Assembly (NCBI RefSeq): GCF_006345805.1 | Contig: NC_043005.1 | Coordinates: forward strand, 30,132,001 to 30,196,000 | Reading direction: 5' to 3' | From: Octopus sinensis | Taxonomy: Eukaryota | DNA length: 64,000 nucleotides | Part shown: piece by piece, positions 15,063 to 29,410 of the stretch | How positions within the stretch are numbered: position 1 is the first letter of the stretch | Layout of the letters: each line of letters begins with the position of its first letter | Notes under the pieces: generated by a model | Database searches by the model: none | What the model was told of the DNA's origin: nothing | Seen by the model: the letters and a program-made list of their open reading frames with translations, nothing else | Program-made: the position numbers and the translations under genes

Positions 15063-15330
15063 TTATAATAATAAATGTAACAGAAAAATCTTATCGAGAG
15101 ATACATTATAAAGAATAAGAGCTTTAAAAAAAAATCTGCACAGAAATAGTTAATATAAAACAAAATAGTGAATATAATCATTAGTAAATTAAAAAAACAA
15201 TGACAATTGATTAAGAAAAGGAAAAAGAAATAGTGAATATCGTGTGTGGGTTTGTGGTGAGACTTGGTAAGTGGCAGACATAAATGTGGAAAGAAAGAAG
15301 AAATAATATATTAGATGGAGTGGAACAAAC

Positions 15331-15378
15331 CTCTTCGACTGAGAGTGGCATACATATTCTGTATTCTTTAATATACAT
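15331..15378 (-). CDS. PITPNC1: Cytoplasmic phosphatidylinositol transfer protein (PITPNC1/RdgB-beta), first coding exon MYIKEYRICMPLSVEE; absent from the ORF track
   Basis: The 16 codons resemble the vertebrate PITPNC1 N-terminus MLLKEYRICMPLTVDE. The exon ends GAG|gtttgt, has A at -3 and an in-frame TAA 12 nt upstream. Later exons were not found in the window. Confidence 0.8.
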
Positions 15379-16124
15379 TGTCTTTTTTTATTATTATTAT
15401 TATTTCTTGTGTTCTCCAATTACTTTGACTGGACTTTGGCAGGGCAGGCTTGAAGAAGCGTTTCACTATAAATATAGAGGCGATGTTTATTGTTCACTAC
15501 AAGTTAGTATTTAAACAATAGCTGGAAGGAGATGATGAAATTGGCCGCGATGTAAGCTGTTTGTTATATATTTAAGATGCGAATGAAAATTAGTCGTCAA
15601 CACTTTGAACAGCCGGTCGAGTGAAAGGTCAGTGTTTGGTGGTTCCCAGGTAAACAGTGTGTGCAGATGCACTGTCGTTGGTGCACTGCAAGACAACGAC
15701 TGAGGCTAGTAAGTTGTTGGAGCAACATCTTCAATAAGCCATGTGCTTGCCGTGATTCGAGGACCGCCTCCAGCGACTCCCTTCTTTTTCTACTCCGTCT
15801 CTTCCTCACACACCTTCCTCGCTTCTTTCAACTCTTCCTTTCACCATCTCTCCCACCTTCACCAATTAACACATAACACTTTCAGGTGATGTTCACCGTG
15901 AAACCTACTTTACTACTTACCCTCGCTCCTCACCTCTTTCTTCTATCCCCCTCTCTCTCTCACTTAAGCTACTTACTTGTCATTCTTTCTATCTCTCTCT
16001 TTCTCTCGCTAAGCTACTTACTTTTCTCTCTACTTTTTCCTTTCTACTACCCTCCACTCCCTCTCTTTCAGGCCTCCTAATAACCCCTCACTATCTCACT
16101 AATCTATATTTTGTCTACTGCTCC

Positions 16125-16167
<43 letters not shown>

Positions 16168-16330
16168 AGCCTCCGCTGTTTACCCACCTCTCTTCTCTCT
16201 CTCTCTCTCTCTCATCGATATTCCCAGGTTTCACATCCTGTTGCATTCTATCGATCAGTTTGCTATAACATTCGAGCGGTGCAATTGAGACAGGGAGGTG
16301 TTGGATTACATACACACTTCACAGTATTTA
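15379..16330 (-). promoter_or_regulatory. Probable 5' UTR/promoter of PITPNC1
   Basis: Non-TE, CpG-retaining sequence with GA-rich tracts directly upstream of the ATG. The TSS cannot be determined. Confidence 0.35.
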
Positions 16331-17893
16331 GATTTCGTTCTCTTCTGTAATTGACTTTTTCTCTTATCCTCCCAGGTCCAACCAATAACGTAATTTACTT
16401 TTAAATTATTACAGATAGTTATTGGTTGATTGAATTAACCCTTACGATACTAGTTTCGTAGAAGTTAGAGAACGAAAGTTGAAGTCATCTCTGGCAGCAT
16501 TTTTAATTGAGTTGCTACCCCTTCTCATAGTTGTGTAATGAATTAAGCGTTCTCCAGTATAAACATTAGCATTGCACCAGATCTAGGCGACTCACTGGCA
16601 ATGTGAATAAAACGTATTTGTTCCATCTTTGCGTTCGAATCGTGCCAAGGTCAACTTGGCCTTTCGACTCTTTCAGTACTAATCCAAGGCAGCGGATTAG
16701 TGAAATTGTAAATAAAATTTAAAAAAACAAAAATCATTGGACAAGATGCTTTGCAGTATTTGTTCTAAATGGCTCTTTGCGTTCTGAGTTCAAATTCTGC
16801 CATGGCTACTTAGGTGGTAGACTTGACTCAACGTCCAGTTTAACACGTCAGCCTGACACCTTTGGAGGCCTTTAACAGAGTCTATATGGGCCAGGTTTCC
16901 TCCTTTGAGGGTATCTTCTCTCTCACTAGTCTTAAAGAATTTTTATCTTTTATTTATTCAAGTCATGCTGGAGCACCGCCTTGAAGGGTTTAGTTGCACA
17001 AATCGCTCCCACTACATATTTTTAAAGCTAGGTACTTATTCTATGGGCCCCTTTGTCAGACTGCCAAGTTACAGGGACACTGGGTGTCAAGTAGCAACAG
17101 GGAACAAACACCTAAAGATACACACACACATAGATATAGTAATACAACAGGCTTCTTTCAGTTTCTATCTACCAAGGCTGCAGTAGATGACAATTGCCCA
17201 GGATGACATGTAGTGGGACTGAACTCAAAATTATATGATTTGAAAGCAAACCTCCCGCCACACAGCCCTGGCTGCACCTTTGACTGAAAGCTAAAAATAA
17301 AATCATTTGACAGTGAACTGTGTTGGGGAAGGAATCTTAATATGGTACCTGCTTTCAGCTAAGTGGACTGTGCTATATATCAGTCATTTCACTGGTAGTG
17401 AAATGTGATGTAGTTAGCTTCTGAAAGAGAAACACTCAGAAAGACACATAAGTTGGACACAGCAAGCTTATTGGTTGATGGTTCATATCTAAACCATCCT
17501 TCTCCCCAACTGGGTTTATTTACTCATCTAGCGGTGGTCAGAATTCCATCACTGATAACTGTAAGATGGCTATGAAAAACGAATCAAAAATATTAGCTGC
17601 TGCTATAAACTATAAGGTGGTTGAAACACTGCATAAACATTTCAAACATCATTATCATAGTTTTATATCCTCTTTTTCCTGCCTGAATGGTTTAAACATA
17701 ATTTGTTGAGGTGGATTTTCTATAGCCAGGTGCCTTTCCTGTTGCCAACCCTCACCCACTTCTGGGCAAAATTATATTTCTTCTATGACCAGACATGTTT
17801 CTGTGGATAATTGGAAATGATTGACACTACTCAAGTGACAAACATTCTTTGACGACGATCATACGTTGTCAGGACACCAGGGACACACACACA

Positions 17894-17935
<42 letters not shown>

Positions 17936-18011
17936 ACACTGTCCAACCCATATCAGCCTAGGAAACAGAGATTAATCAATGATGATAATGCTGACGGTGA
18001 TGATATATATG

Positions 18012-18441
18012 CAGGGTGCAGTGAATAAACTGTCATCTAAATTACACAAAAATGAAAATATAACTGACATCTCATTTTAACATATAATTACGAAAATTAC
18101 ATAAAAATATCTTGAAATACTAAAGAGTAAATTTATTCAATAAAATCCCCATTGGTTTCAACTACAACCTCCAGACGACTTCAGAATCTCCAGCAACCCT
18201 TCTGAACGGTCCCCTTGTTTCAATTAGTAACTGTTACCATAATCCTTGCCTTCAGTTCATCTTTGGTGTTACAAGGAGTTTTGTTGGTCTCTCACTCAAC
18301 TGCAGTCCACACATAACACTCAAGGAGATGGTAGTCTGGGGAGTTAAATGGCCAGATGTTAGGGGTGATGTGGTTGCAGAAATTATCTGACAGCAATGAA
18401 TGGGTTCTCCTGCTTGAGTGACATGGTGCAGAGTCCTGCAC
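18012..18441 (-). mobile_element. 3' fragment of a Tc1/mariner (maT/DD37D-like) transposon
   Basis: Manual translation QDSAPCH...WPFNSPDYH...LKARI...RLEVVVETNGDFIE* (stop 18135-18133) with internal stops. A terminal CAGGGTG sits next to a TA run. Confidence 0.8.
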
Positions 18442-18559
18442 AAAATCCATTAAATTCACTTCAACATTTTGACAAATTAAATTTTAATGTTGAAGTGAAT
18501 CTAACGGATTTTGTGTTTCCTAAATGGCTTATAAACACCTTCCACGCTGCAATTGTTAT

Positions 18560-18962
18560 ATATATAACTCTTTTAACTCTTTTACTTGTTTCAGTCATTT
18601 GACTGCGGCCATACTGGAGCACCGCCTTTAATCAAGCAACTCGACCCCGGGACTTATTCTTTTGTAAGCCCAGTACTTATTCTATCGTCTCTTTTGCCCA
18701 ACCCCTAAGTAACGGGGACATAAACACACCAGCATCGGTTGTCAAGCAATGCTAGGGGGACAAACACACACATGCATATATATATATATATATATACATA
18801 TATATGACGGGCTTCTTTTCAGTTTCCGTCTACCAAATCCACTCACAAGGCTTTGGTTGGCCAGAGGTTATAGTAGAAAACACTTGCCCAAGGTGCTACG
18901 CAGTGGGACTGAACGTGGAACCATGTGGTTGGTAAACAAGCTACTTACCACACAGCCACTCC
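18560..18962 (-). mobile_element. tRNA-derived SINE, second family
   Basis: Near full-length match to the 1164-1550 copy. Confidence 0.85.
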
Positions 18963-19303
18963 TGTGCCATATATATTAAAATTAATCAAAGGACATACTA
19001 TGTATGTCTACCTGAATGTATGTTGAGAGATTGTCTCGGCCTGCTTACCTGCAGTCAGTTGATTTCTGTAGTTATTATCAGTGTATTTTCAGTGATTTAA
19101 ATAAGAGTTTTGACTGTTATTTCCAGCAGGTAATCATGCTTAGTATGTCCTTTGATTAATTTTGATCCTTCAACTATTTAATGCTTTTTGGGGTCTACAA
19201 TCACTTATATTATTGATTCTGTTATTATCATTTTTAATTGTTAAACTAGATAATAACAGAGTCAATAATATTTTCTCCTGAATTATTTGCTCCAGATTGA
19301 TAT

Positions 19304-19337
<34 letters not shown>

Positions 19338-19392
19338 ATATATATATATATATACATACATACATATATATATACATACATACATATATATA

Positions 19393-19826
19393 TATAATAC
19401 AAATAAGAAAATGTAGAAACAAATTTAGTTTGTTCATCAACTTACGGATATTATAATGTTAGATTATTTATGGTTGTAGATTTTCCATCTAATCCTGTGG
19501 ATAAATTCATTAATCCTATATATTAGTTCCTTAGTGTAATAGTCCTTGGTTGGTATGGGTATATCTTTCAGTGATAACCATAAATAATCTAACATTATAA
19601 TATCTGTAAGTTGATGAACAAACTAAATTTGTTTCTCCATTTTCTTATTTGTATTATAAATTTACGGTAAAAATATTTCTTTACCTTTACTCGTTTAATA
19701 CAATAAATGAATTAACTGCATTGCAATTAAAAACATTTATGTATTTAGAATTTGGGTACTTTACCAACAGTATATTGGATAAATGATAGCCCATAGTGGG
19801 TTACACCCATAACCCTTATCTTACTT

Positions 19827-19830
<4 letters not shown>
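19393..19830. mobile_element. Fold-back with 83-bp arms enclosing a Penelope-like ORF N-terminal fragment
   Basis: Arms 19393-19475 and 19576-19658 (2 mismatches). The minus-strand spacer encodes SLKDIPIPTKDYYTKELIYRINEFIHRIRWKIY. Confidence 0.6.
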
Positions 19831-19864
<34 letters not shown>

Positions 19865-20120
19865 TAATAAAATATTAGGGAATAAATCCAAACTTACAGG
19901 GAAAAATCAGATTTAGGATTAAATCCAATTTTATAGTATAAATATATTATATTATATTAAATTAAAGATAAAACCACTATTAGGCAAATCAAACAATGAA
20001 AAACATAAGCCAATACATAAAATTAATTCATTTATATTATTTTAAATATATATCAAAAGTATTAAAAGTTTAATAAAAGATAAAGAGTATATATATACAC
20101 ACACACATACATATATATAT

Positions 20121-22690
20121 CATCATCAGCATTGTTTAACATCTTTCTATGCTGGCATGGGTTGGACAGTTTAACAGGAGTTGGCCAGGCATGAGCCTGC
20201 ACCAGACTTCTGTGTTTGTTTGGCAGGGGTTTTCCAGCTGGATGCCTTTCTTAACACCAACCACTCCACAGAGTGGACTAAGTGCTTTTTATGTGACACA
20301 AGCACAGGTGAGGTCAGTTTTGCCATGGTTTTTAATGGCTGGATGCCCTTCCAAATGCCAACCACTTTACTGTGTGGATTGGATGCTTTTAAAGTCTCAC
20401 CAGCACCGGCAGGGTCACCGAGTAACTTGCAAAACAAGGAACCTTTGAGAAGGGAGGGGGAATTTGAGGAGGAGATCTTGTGTCAGATGATGAAAGGTCA
20501 TAGTGTGAGAGAGAGAGAGAGAAACAGATGTCTTACTGTAGGGGAGGTACAAGGTTACCCAGCCAGAAAGAGAGAGACGGGCGAGAAATGCAGACAGAAA
20601 CAGGTGGGCTGCTGTAAAGGAGATACATGGTTACTCAACCTGAGTGAAGTGCAGGAGAAGGGAAGAGAGAGTGGGAAGAGCAGGAGAGAAATGTGGAAAA
20701 GTGCTGGGCACACTCACAAGAGACAGGGATCAAAATATAAATGGGATGGTCAAGCAAAAGAGGAGAGAGATAGATAATGGCAAGTGCCAGGGCATACCCT
20801 TGAAGTACAGAGGTCATAATTTAAATGGCAGGGCATTGCTGAAGAAACATGAGTAGAGAGTAGAGGAGAGAAATGTAGTGAGTGATGTAAACCTGAGTAT
20901 ATGATGGGGGCAGGGCTACTGGATAGCAATGATACAGTGAGGACAAGATTGGGGAGTGAGAGATAAGCATAGTATATGAAAGAGATGTGTGGAAGAGAAG
21001 AGATGTAGTTTGGTTTGTTGGGGTAGGGTATGTGAAGAGTTTTCTTGTTACATGTGGGTAGAACACACAGCACTTCTAGAACTCAGTTTCACTGACATGG
21101 GTGGGTCTTCTGAAGAACTTCATATCACCAGACACCTCAGTCCATTGTCATTTTCTCCATGAGGCTCATCATCCTGAGATCAGTCCTTACCCTTCATCCC
21201 ATGTCTTCCTGGGTCTCCCTCTTCTGCAGGTACCATCCATTTTCAGTCATTGGCACTTCTTTGTGCAGCTATCTTCATTCATACACATCATATGTCCAAA
21301 CCAATGTAGTCTTCTCTCTCTTGCTTGCCACATTTGATTCCTCTTATGCCCAACTTTTCTCTCAATACATTTGCACTTAGTAGTACATGTGCGCTGATGT
21401 TCCACATCCAACAGAGCATACTACCTTCGCTTCTCTCCAGTCTACATATGTCTTCTGCATTCAGAGCCCATGTCTCACTACCATGGAGTATAACCATTCG
21501 TACACAAGCATCATATAGTATACTTTTTCATTCTGAGAGAGAGAGAGAAGCCTTTTGTTGCCAATAGAGGTAATAGCTTTCTGAACTTCTTCCACCTAAT
21601 TCTTATTCTAGAAACAATACTTTCAGAGCATCCTCCACCATTGTTAATTTGGTCACCTAGGTAACAGAAACTATCCACAACCTCAAGAGAGCCTCCCAGG
21701 TATTTGAAGGAATCTAAGTCCCATGTGCTCTTAGTGCTTATTATTCCTGCACATCTGCCACAAATGAAGACAACGTTATCTGTTAATCTACCTGTGATTC
21801 CACTGCACCTCTTGTGTGTCCATAGTTTACACTGGGTGCAGCGAGTGAAATTACTTCCAACTCCTTTCCTACATATTGAGTAGGGCTATTTACCTGACAG
21901 GAAGAGAGTCTTATCTTCTTTCTTGTTAACAACAACTTTAAAAGCCTTTGATTCCAGATTTTGCTTTCATACTTGAAATTTCTTCTTCAATTCAGCTACA
22001 AATTTTGCCATAAGAGCAAGATCATCAGCTTATAGCAGTTCCCACAGGCAACCAGTTTTGAATTCCTCTGTTATGGCCTGAAGGTCTATAATGAATAAGA
22101 GTGGGCTGATGAACCCCTATTTGTATGCTAAATTCATCACCGTATTCATGGTCAACTCTCACCTTACTGACAGCAACACTGTACATGACTTGTACAGCTC
22201 TAACAAGCCACTCCTCTACTCCTAACTTTCTTAGAATTCACCAGATAACAGAGTGGGGCACTCTGTCATAAGCTTTCTCCAGGTTGATGAAAACTAAGTA
22301 CAATGGCTTAATTTTGGCCAAATACTTTCCCTGCAGCTGTCCCACTAGGAAGATGGCACCTGTGGTACTCTGCCCAGGCACAAAACTAAACTGCATCTCA
22401 TTTAGTTTAATTATATTCCTAATCAATTGAGCTATAACACTCAATCAGTAACTTTCATGACATGGCCTAACAATTATAACCTTTGGAGTTGTTTTTATCT
22501 AAGGCGTCACCTTTACCCTTGTAGCAGATAACTTTAATACTACTACACAAGTCATTGGGGATGGTGCTTTAGTGAATAACCTGATTAACTATATGAGTAA
22601 CTAGGCTGTATCCTATGCCACTGGATATTTTAATCATCTCAGAAGTGATTCTTGATGGTCCAGGGGCTTTCCCTAACTTCATATCCTTAA
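20121..22690 (-). mobile_element. 5'-truncated, degenerate RTE-clade LINE
   Basis: Fragments QFSFVPGQSTTGAIF...NLEKAYDRVP and VILHGSETWAL...LREKLGI, a GA-rich 3' UTR and a (GAT)n tail. Confidence 0.85.
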
Positions 22691-22905
22691 TTGCCTTATA
22701 CACACACACACACACACATCATCATCATCATCATCGTTCAACGTCCGTTTTCCATGCTGGCATGGGTTGGATGGTTCAACTGGGGTCTGGGAAGCCAGGA
22801 GGCTGCACCAGGCCCCAATCGGATCTGGCAGTGTTTCTACAGCTCAATGCCCTTCCTAACGCCATTATATATGTATATATATATGTGTGTGTGTGTGTAT
22901 ATATA

Positions 22906-22977
<72 letters not shown>

Positions 22978-23386
22978 GGTAATTGAGATACAGAAGATAC
23001 AAAAATTTATGTTTATACATATAAACACACACCACAGCTTCTAAAACTATCTTTATGTCAGGATGTGTCTTGATATTGGTGAAGAGATCTTCATAGCAGC
23101 GCATTTTGCCAGTTGGTGCAGCTCTTTGTCATCTCCTCCATTTAGCTGTAGCATCATTAGGTCTGCTGTCACCGCTTTGTTCTGAGTCTCTCTTGGTCCT
23201 CCTCTGCTGGTTCCACTGACTGGGATTATTTAGCATGGTCACATGCAGCAATCATCCTCCATACACATGACCAAACCAGCAGTGGCAACACTGTCATGTT
23301 CTTACTCTGGCTACTATATTTCTGAACAACCATCTCCCCACTGACTATGTCTCCTATGTAATAGAAGCTATCAACTACATACACAG

Positions 23387-23417
<31 letters not shown>

Positions 23418-23873
23418 TGTATGTATGTATGTCCTTATTCAGTTTATTTCAAGATTTCTTGCCAGTAGAGAAAGAACTGGTTTCTAACCTTCATCCAAGG
23501 CTCCTTATTTGGAATTTCAACATCAACAACAGGGTATTTTTATATGTATGTATGTATGTATGTGCAGATTTGTGTGTTTTATGTATAAAACACCACTTGA
23601 GCATGGCCGTTGCCAGTACCACCTGACTGGCCCTCGTGCCAGTGGCACGTAATAGCACCCACTACACTCTCGAAGTGGTTGGCGTTAGGAAGGGCATCCA
23701 GCTGTAGAAACTCTACCAGATCAGATTGGAGCCTGGTGCAGCCATCTGGTTCGCCAGTCCTTAGTCAAATCATCCAACCCATGCTAGCATGGGAAGCGGA
23801 CGTTAAACGATGATGATGTATGTATTCTCATGCATATAGTTACATATCTATATCTAGACATGCTCATATATAT

Positions 23874-24041
23874 TTAAATAATAAACTTCTGCAAAGTTTT
23901 ACAGATTTTTACAGTTCCAGTGATGGATTGGATCTGTAGTCTTTGAATTAGCTTTCTCCTCTCTGATTTTGATAAGCCTAATTTTCCAAAATTGATATTT
24001 AGTCAGTGTGTTACATATCCTGGTACCTCAATAATTACAGG
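23874..24041 (-). mobile_element. RLE-type LINE C-terminal fragment
   Basis: Manual translation [52 protein letters not shown], which resembles RLE termini. It begins at a microsatellite. Confidence 0.5.
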
Positions 24042-24114
24042 ATGTATGTATGCATGTACATCATATGTTTGTGTGTATATATATATGTATTTATACATAT
24101 GTATATACATCTAT

Positions 24115-24217
<103 letters not shown>

Positions 24218-25380
24218 GTATATGTATACATACCTCCATACATATATATTGTAAATGCATGTGTGTGTGTAATGTTATTCTCATCTAAACTCAAGTTTGA
24301 GATTAACATCTAAACAAAACACAACTCATTGACTGGTCTCCGATATCTATGGCTTGCCAGCTGATCTACTGATTACAACATACTAACTTCACTATATTTT
24401 TCCTTTTTCTTCAGTGATGAGGAGTAAACACAGACTGAACTATATAAATTTATGTATAAACATTGAAAACAAAGTGTTTCTGTGCAAATACACAAAGCCA
24501 GTGTATATGTCTTTGTAGATATGTATATATAAAGTGAAACTATAATGCATTTATACATTAGCTTTGTATATCAACTTAGAAGACATTGGTAAGAACATGA
24601 ATATGCTTATATAATCAAAATGGAAAAAGAAATATCTGTGCAGCACCCATGGCTGTTGGAAACATCTTTTTACCCTCAGAATAGTTGAAGCATTGAATAA
24701 ACTGCCCAGGGCAGTTGTCTGTTGTCAGGACACTAATGAATCCTTCAACAATTCCAAAGTTTCCTTCAATTCACCAAAACTACACCTGACTTGCCTAGGT
24801 ACCCTTTCTTCTTTCTAACATCTTTTACTCTTCACTTTTCTGTCTTTTATCCTGTATATTGTGGATACACTTTTGGATTTCATTGCTGTCTTTACCTAAT
24901 GTAAATCATAGCTGCTTCTGCTGCTGTTCGTCGTCATCATTGTCATCATCATCATCATCATGGAAGGCAGACGTGAAATCTGGTGTAGCCTTCTATCTGG
25001 CCGGCCAGGTAGAAGGCTACACCGGGCTTCTGTGTCTGTTCTGGCAGGGGTTTTACAGCTGGATGTACATTGAAGTGTTTCTACTGGATAGAGATCCTAA
25101 GACATGGAATCCAGTTGCATCCTGTTGGTTCAAATGCGTTATTATAAGTCCACTTCAGAAACCCATAGTGGTAACACCTGGAATAAAACTGCATGGATAT
25201 GTATACCCTGGATGTACTTATAAGGCAACAGAATCGACAGGATGCAACTGGATGCCAATTCTTAGAATATCTGTGCAGTAGGAACACTTGTCAGACAGAT
25301 TTAAAGTGAACGTGTTGTATATAATACTGCAATGAACAAGCTATTCAAGATGTATAATCCCCAATTCTTACTCTTGATGT

Positions 25381-25439
<59 letters not shown>

Positions 25440-28400
25440 TGTGTGTGTGTGTGTGTGTTTGTGTGTGTGTGTATATATGTATAAATATTAAAGGAAATAA
25501 AAAAATACAATTGACATATTATAAATTTATTAACATTATAATATAATATAATTATACTAAAAAAAAGATATAATACAATATTATATAACAAATAATTAAA
25601 ACAAATATATATCATACGATTTGTTTTGATTCATATCCACTTGTGAATTTATAAAAAATTCAAATTTATGTATATGAATCTTATCATGGTAATATTTATC
25701 TAAAAAATAGAGAAAAATTTCATGTAAGGATTGCTAAATCATAAAATATTTGTTTGTTTGTTTGTTTGTTTGTTTGTTTGTTTGTATGTATGTATGTATG
25801 TATGTATGTATGTATGTATGTATGTATGTATGTATGTATGTATGTATGTATGTATGTATGTATGTATGTATGTACGTACGTATGTATGTATACGCACACA
25901 CATATATACATGTGGGTAGGTATGCTTGTGGTGTGTAGAATCACCAAAAGATCTGCAAATGGAGAAGAAAGTCCTCATTAGATCTGGTGGACGACTATAA
26001 GCAAGGATGTAGACAAAGAGGTTGTTTGGGAAAAAAAACTTGCAGGTGATGTAAAGGTAGATATGCTTTGTTACCTTCTAATGTACAGACTACGATAAAT
26101 GAATTATTGCACCTCATGCTATGAATCCACAAGCTATTCTGTTGTGCCATTGTGTTATTCCTACACTTCACATCAATGATTTACTCATATTTATCCAGTT
26201 ACGTATGTAGACACACAGGTGTGTGTAGCTTCATAACTAATGCTCTCTCCCTGGACAGGATTACATACCATGTGGAGGAACAGTTCGTTGTTGTATACAA
26301 TTCTCTCAGATGTAAATACATACCATGATGAGACGCTGCACTTCAATACTGTCCACAGTTCACTTAAATGTCAAAGGTATTTCTTTCACTTTGTCTTTTA
26401 GTCAGGAGGGAAGGAAATTCCCATGATTTCTTGCAGAATTTCTGAGACCAGTGACAGGGATGGAGGAAAGTTTCCTCAAGCTGGAAATCTTGACCCAAGT
26501 ACTTGCAACAGACTGGATTATTCTACAGATACTCATGGCACCAGGTGATGGTATTAAACTGGGCAATGGGTTAAGTCTACCACCCATGTAGTTCACGGCT
26601 GGACTTGAACTCGGAACACAAAGAGTTGGAACAAATAACACAAGGTAGTTATTTTGATGCTCATACATTTCTACTGCCCTGGATACTGACAGCTTCTTTA
26701 AAAGGCAAAGTTGACTTTTACAGGGTTTGAACTCAGAGTGTAAAGCTTTAGAGTAAATACCGCAAAGCAGTTTTTCTGATGCTCTAACAATTCTACCAAT
26801 TCACCACCAACTCTGAGAAGATACAAATGAACTGTAGTGGTGCTGCATTCATCACTATCATCACTTACATTTTTCCATGCTGGCATGGGTCAGACGGAAT
26901 TTTTCAAGGCAGATTTTCTATGACTGGGTGCCCTTCCTATCTAGAAATGAAAGGACGTTGCTTTTATGATGTTGGTGCTAGTTTTACAATTACTTTGTGA
27001 TGTAAAGACAAGGACACACACACACACACATGCATGCACACGACAGGCTTCTTTCAGTTTCTATCTACCAGGATTATTGTAGAAGTTACTTACCCAAAGT
27101 GTCATAGAGTGGAACTGAACCCAAAACTATGTTGTTGGAAAGCAAAGTTCTTAACTACACCTGCAGCTGATTTTCAAGAGTATTTTGTCAGCTTGTTGTA
27201 CCAAGTTCCAGTCATCTAATAGTTTGGCACCTACCAGCAGGATCTGACACCAGTATATTCTCCCTCTGTACTCTTGATAAAACCTTCAGCATTATTACTG
27301 CAGCTCAGTGATTGACTTGACATTTCTACTGTCCTATTGTTGGGCAAGTCCCTTAACTCATTTCAGCCTCAAATGGAAGACAGACATAACAATAAACAGT
27401 GATAAATATTTTATGTTCAGTTAAAAACCACCAGTTTTTCTAATATTCCCCCACTCTCCCTTCCCTATACCCCAGTTTTTTTTTGTATCACTTAATCAAA
27501 AATTCATTTATCTTGTACAAACATAACGAGCATTCGATTTATTAACCTTTCCTAATCAGAGAAATTTTTATCTTTTAGTGATTCTTTGCATTCACTTCAA
27601 AGGAGTCGATAGCCATCCATACTTCAGAGGCCCATGGGAGGATTCTGACCCAGCACTGCAAGCTAACAGCAAATGGTTCAATAATGCAGAGTAACTCATA
27701 ATGAAGGGGTACTTTTAAAGTAACCAAGTAATGAGGACTGGATTGAGCACATTTATTAACAGGAAATCTTATAAATAAACAAAAGGAGTCCTAGCACTAT
27801 GAGATGCCCTGTATTTCCATTTACTCGGCTACTTACAGTGGTAAGGTATTCCTCCTCATGGTATCTATTTACAAATAGGTTGAGTTAAGGTTCAGTAGCA
27901 TTCTTGAAAATCATGATGTAGACCTGTTAACAACACATGAATATCATAGGCCAACAGTTTTCTACCCTAACTAGTTCTAATAATGGTTTCAAATTTTAGC
28001 ACATAGTGAGTAAATTTAAGGGAGGGAGCAAGTCCATTACACCAACCACGGTACTCATCTGGTCCTTATTTTACTGACCCTGGAAGGATAAAGGTCAACT
28101 TCAATGAAATTTGAACTGAGAATATACATATTTCTTTATTGCCCAAAGGGGGCTAAACACAGAGGGGACAAACAAGGACAGACAAATAGATTAAGTTGAT
28201 TATATCAACTCCTGTGTGTAACTGGTATTTATTTAATCGAAGCTGAAAGTCTGAAAGGCAAAGTCAACCTCGGCAGAAATTGAACTGAGAACATAACGGC
28301 AGACAAAATACCACTGAGTATTTCACCCGGCATGCTAACGTTTCTGCCAGATGATCAAACTGAGAATATAAAGAGCTGGAATGGATGCTGCTAAGCCTTT

Positions 28401-29010
28401 TGCCTGACTTGTTAACCATTCTCCCAATGCACTTCCTTCATACCAGTCCATAATGATAGAGAGAACAGAAGGTAAGGCAGTTAATATTGATAGAAACATT
28501 GTTTTTATCTTAGACAAAGACTATCGTTCCAAGTAGAAATTGTATTGAGACTGAAGTAGACACATTAAATAATCGACTAATATATATATATATGTATATA
28601 TGTATATATATTGGTTTTCTTTGACAATTATGGTTTTTTTTTTTAGATACTCATTATATATTAATGACCGTCTGACCAGCTAAGTGAAGTGACCAGTCAA
28701 CAGCTGCTAGAGTTGGTTAAAAGTACACAAGGTGTATATACTATTGTGGCTCATGGAGCGGGTTTGCAGATATTAGAGTAGATGTTTTGTATTGGGCATG
28801 GAGAAAGAAAGGAACTGAATAAGAGCTATTGAATAAATGAATGATGAATGAATAAATAATAATAATAATAATAATAATAATAATTGTCTCTTTGAGTTAC
28901 AGGAGAAGGCACTCTACTTGAAATCTTTGCTGATTTGTTATTGCCTGCTTTTGAGTAAAGAATAACCGGTAATTAAGAACTATCCGAAAGTCTTTCATAA
29001 TAATAATAAT

Positions 29011-29285
29011 AGCTTGGGAAGTTAAGCAGTTGTGGTTGATGAAAAAGGTGGTGGTAGTACCAATAATTGTCAGAGCCCTGGGAACAGTGAGCAAAAATCT
29101 TGAGAAGTACTTGGAACAAATAGAGGCTGCAATAAGGGTGGAGCACTTGTAGAAAACAGCGCTGCTTGGGACTGCTCGAATACTCCCGAAGGTGCTCGAA
29201 AAATAAGAGGTGTTACTTTAGTTCACTGGTAGTGAACAGCTAACACCGGAGTACATCTCCAGCGTTAGTAGCTGTGCAAAGGCAA
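29011..29285 (+). mobile_element. R4/Dong-like non-LTR retrotransposon, 3' (RLE) fragment 1
   Basis: AWEVKQLWLMKKVVVVPIIVRALGT...KTALLGTARILPKVLEK*, flanked by (AAT)n. Confidence 0.75.
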
Positions 29286-29308
29286 TGATGATGAGGATAA
29301 TAATAATA

Positions 29309-29339
<31 letters not shown>

Positions 29340-29410
29340 TAATAATAATATAATAATAATAATAATAATAACAATAATAATAATAATAATAATAGTAATA
29401 ATAATAATAA

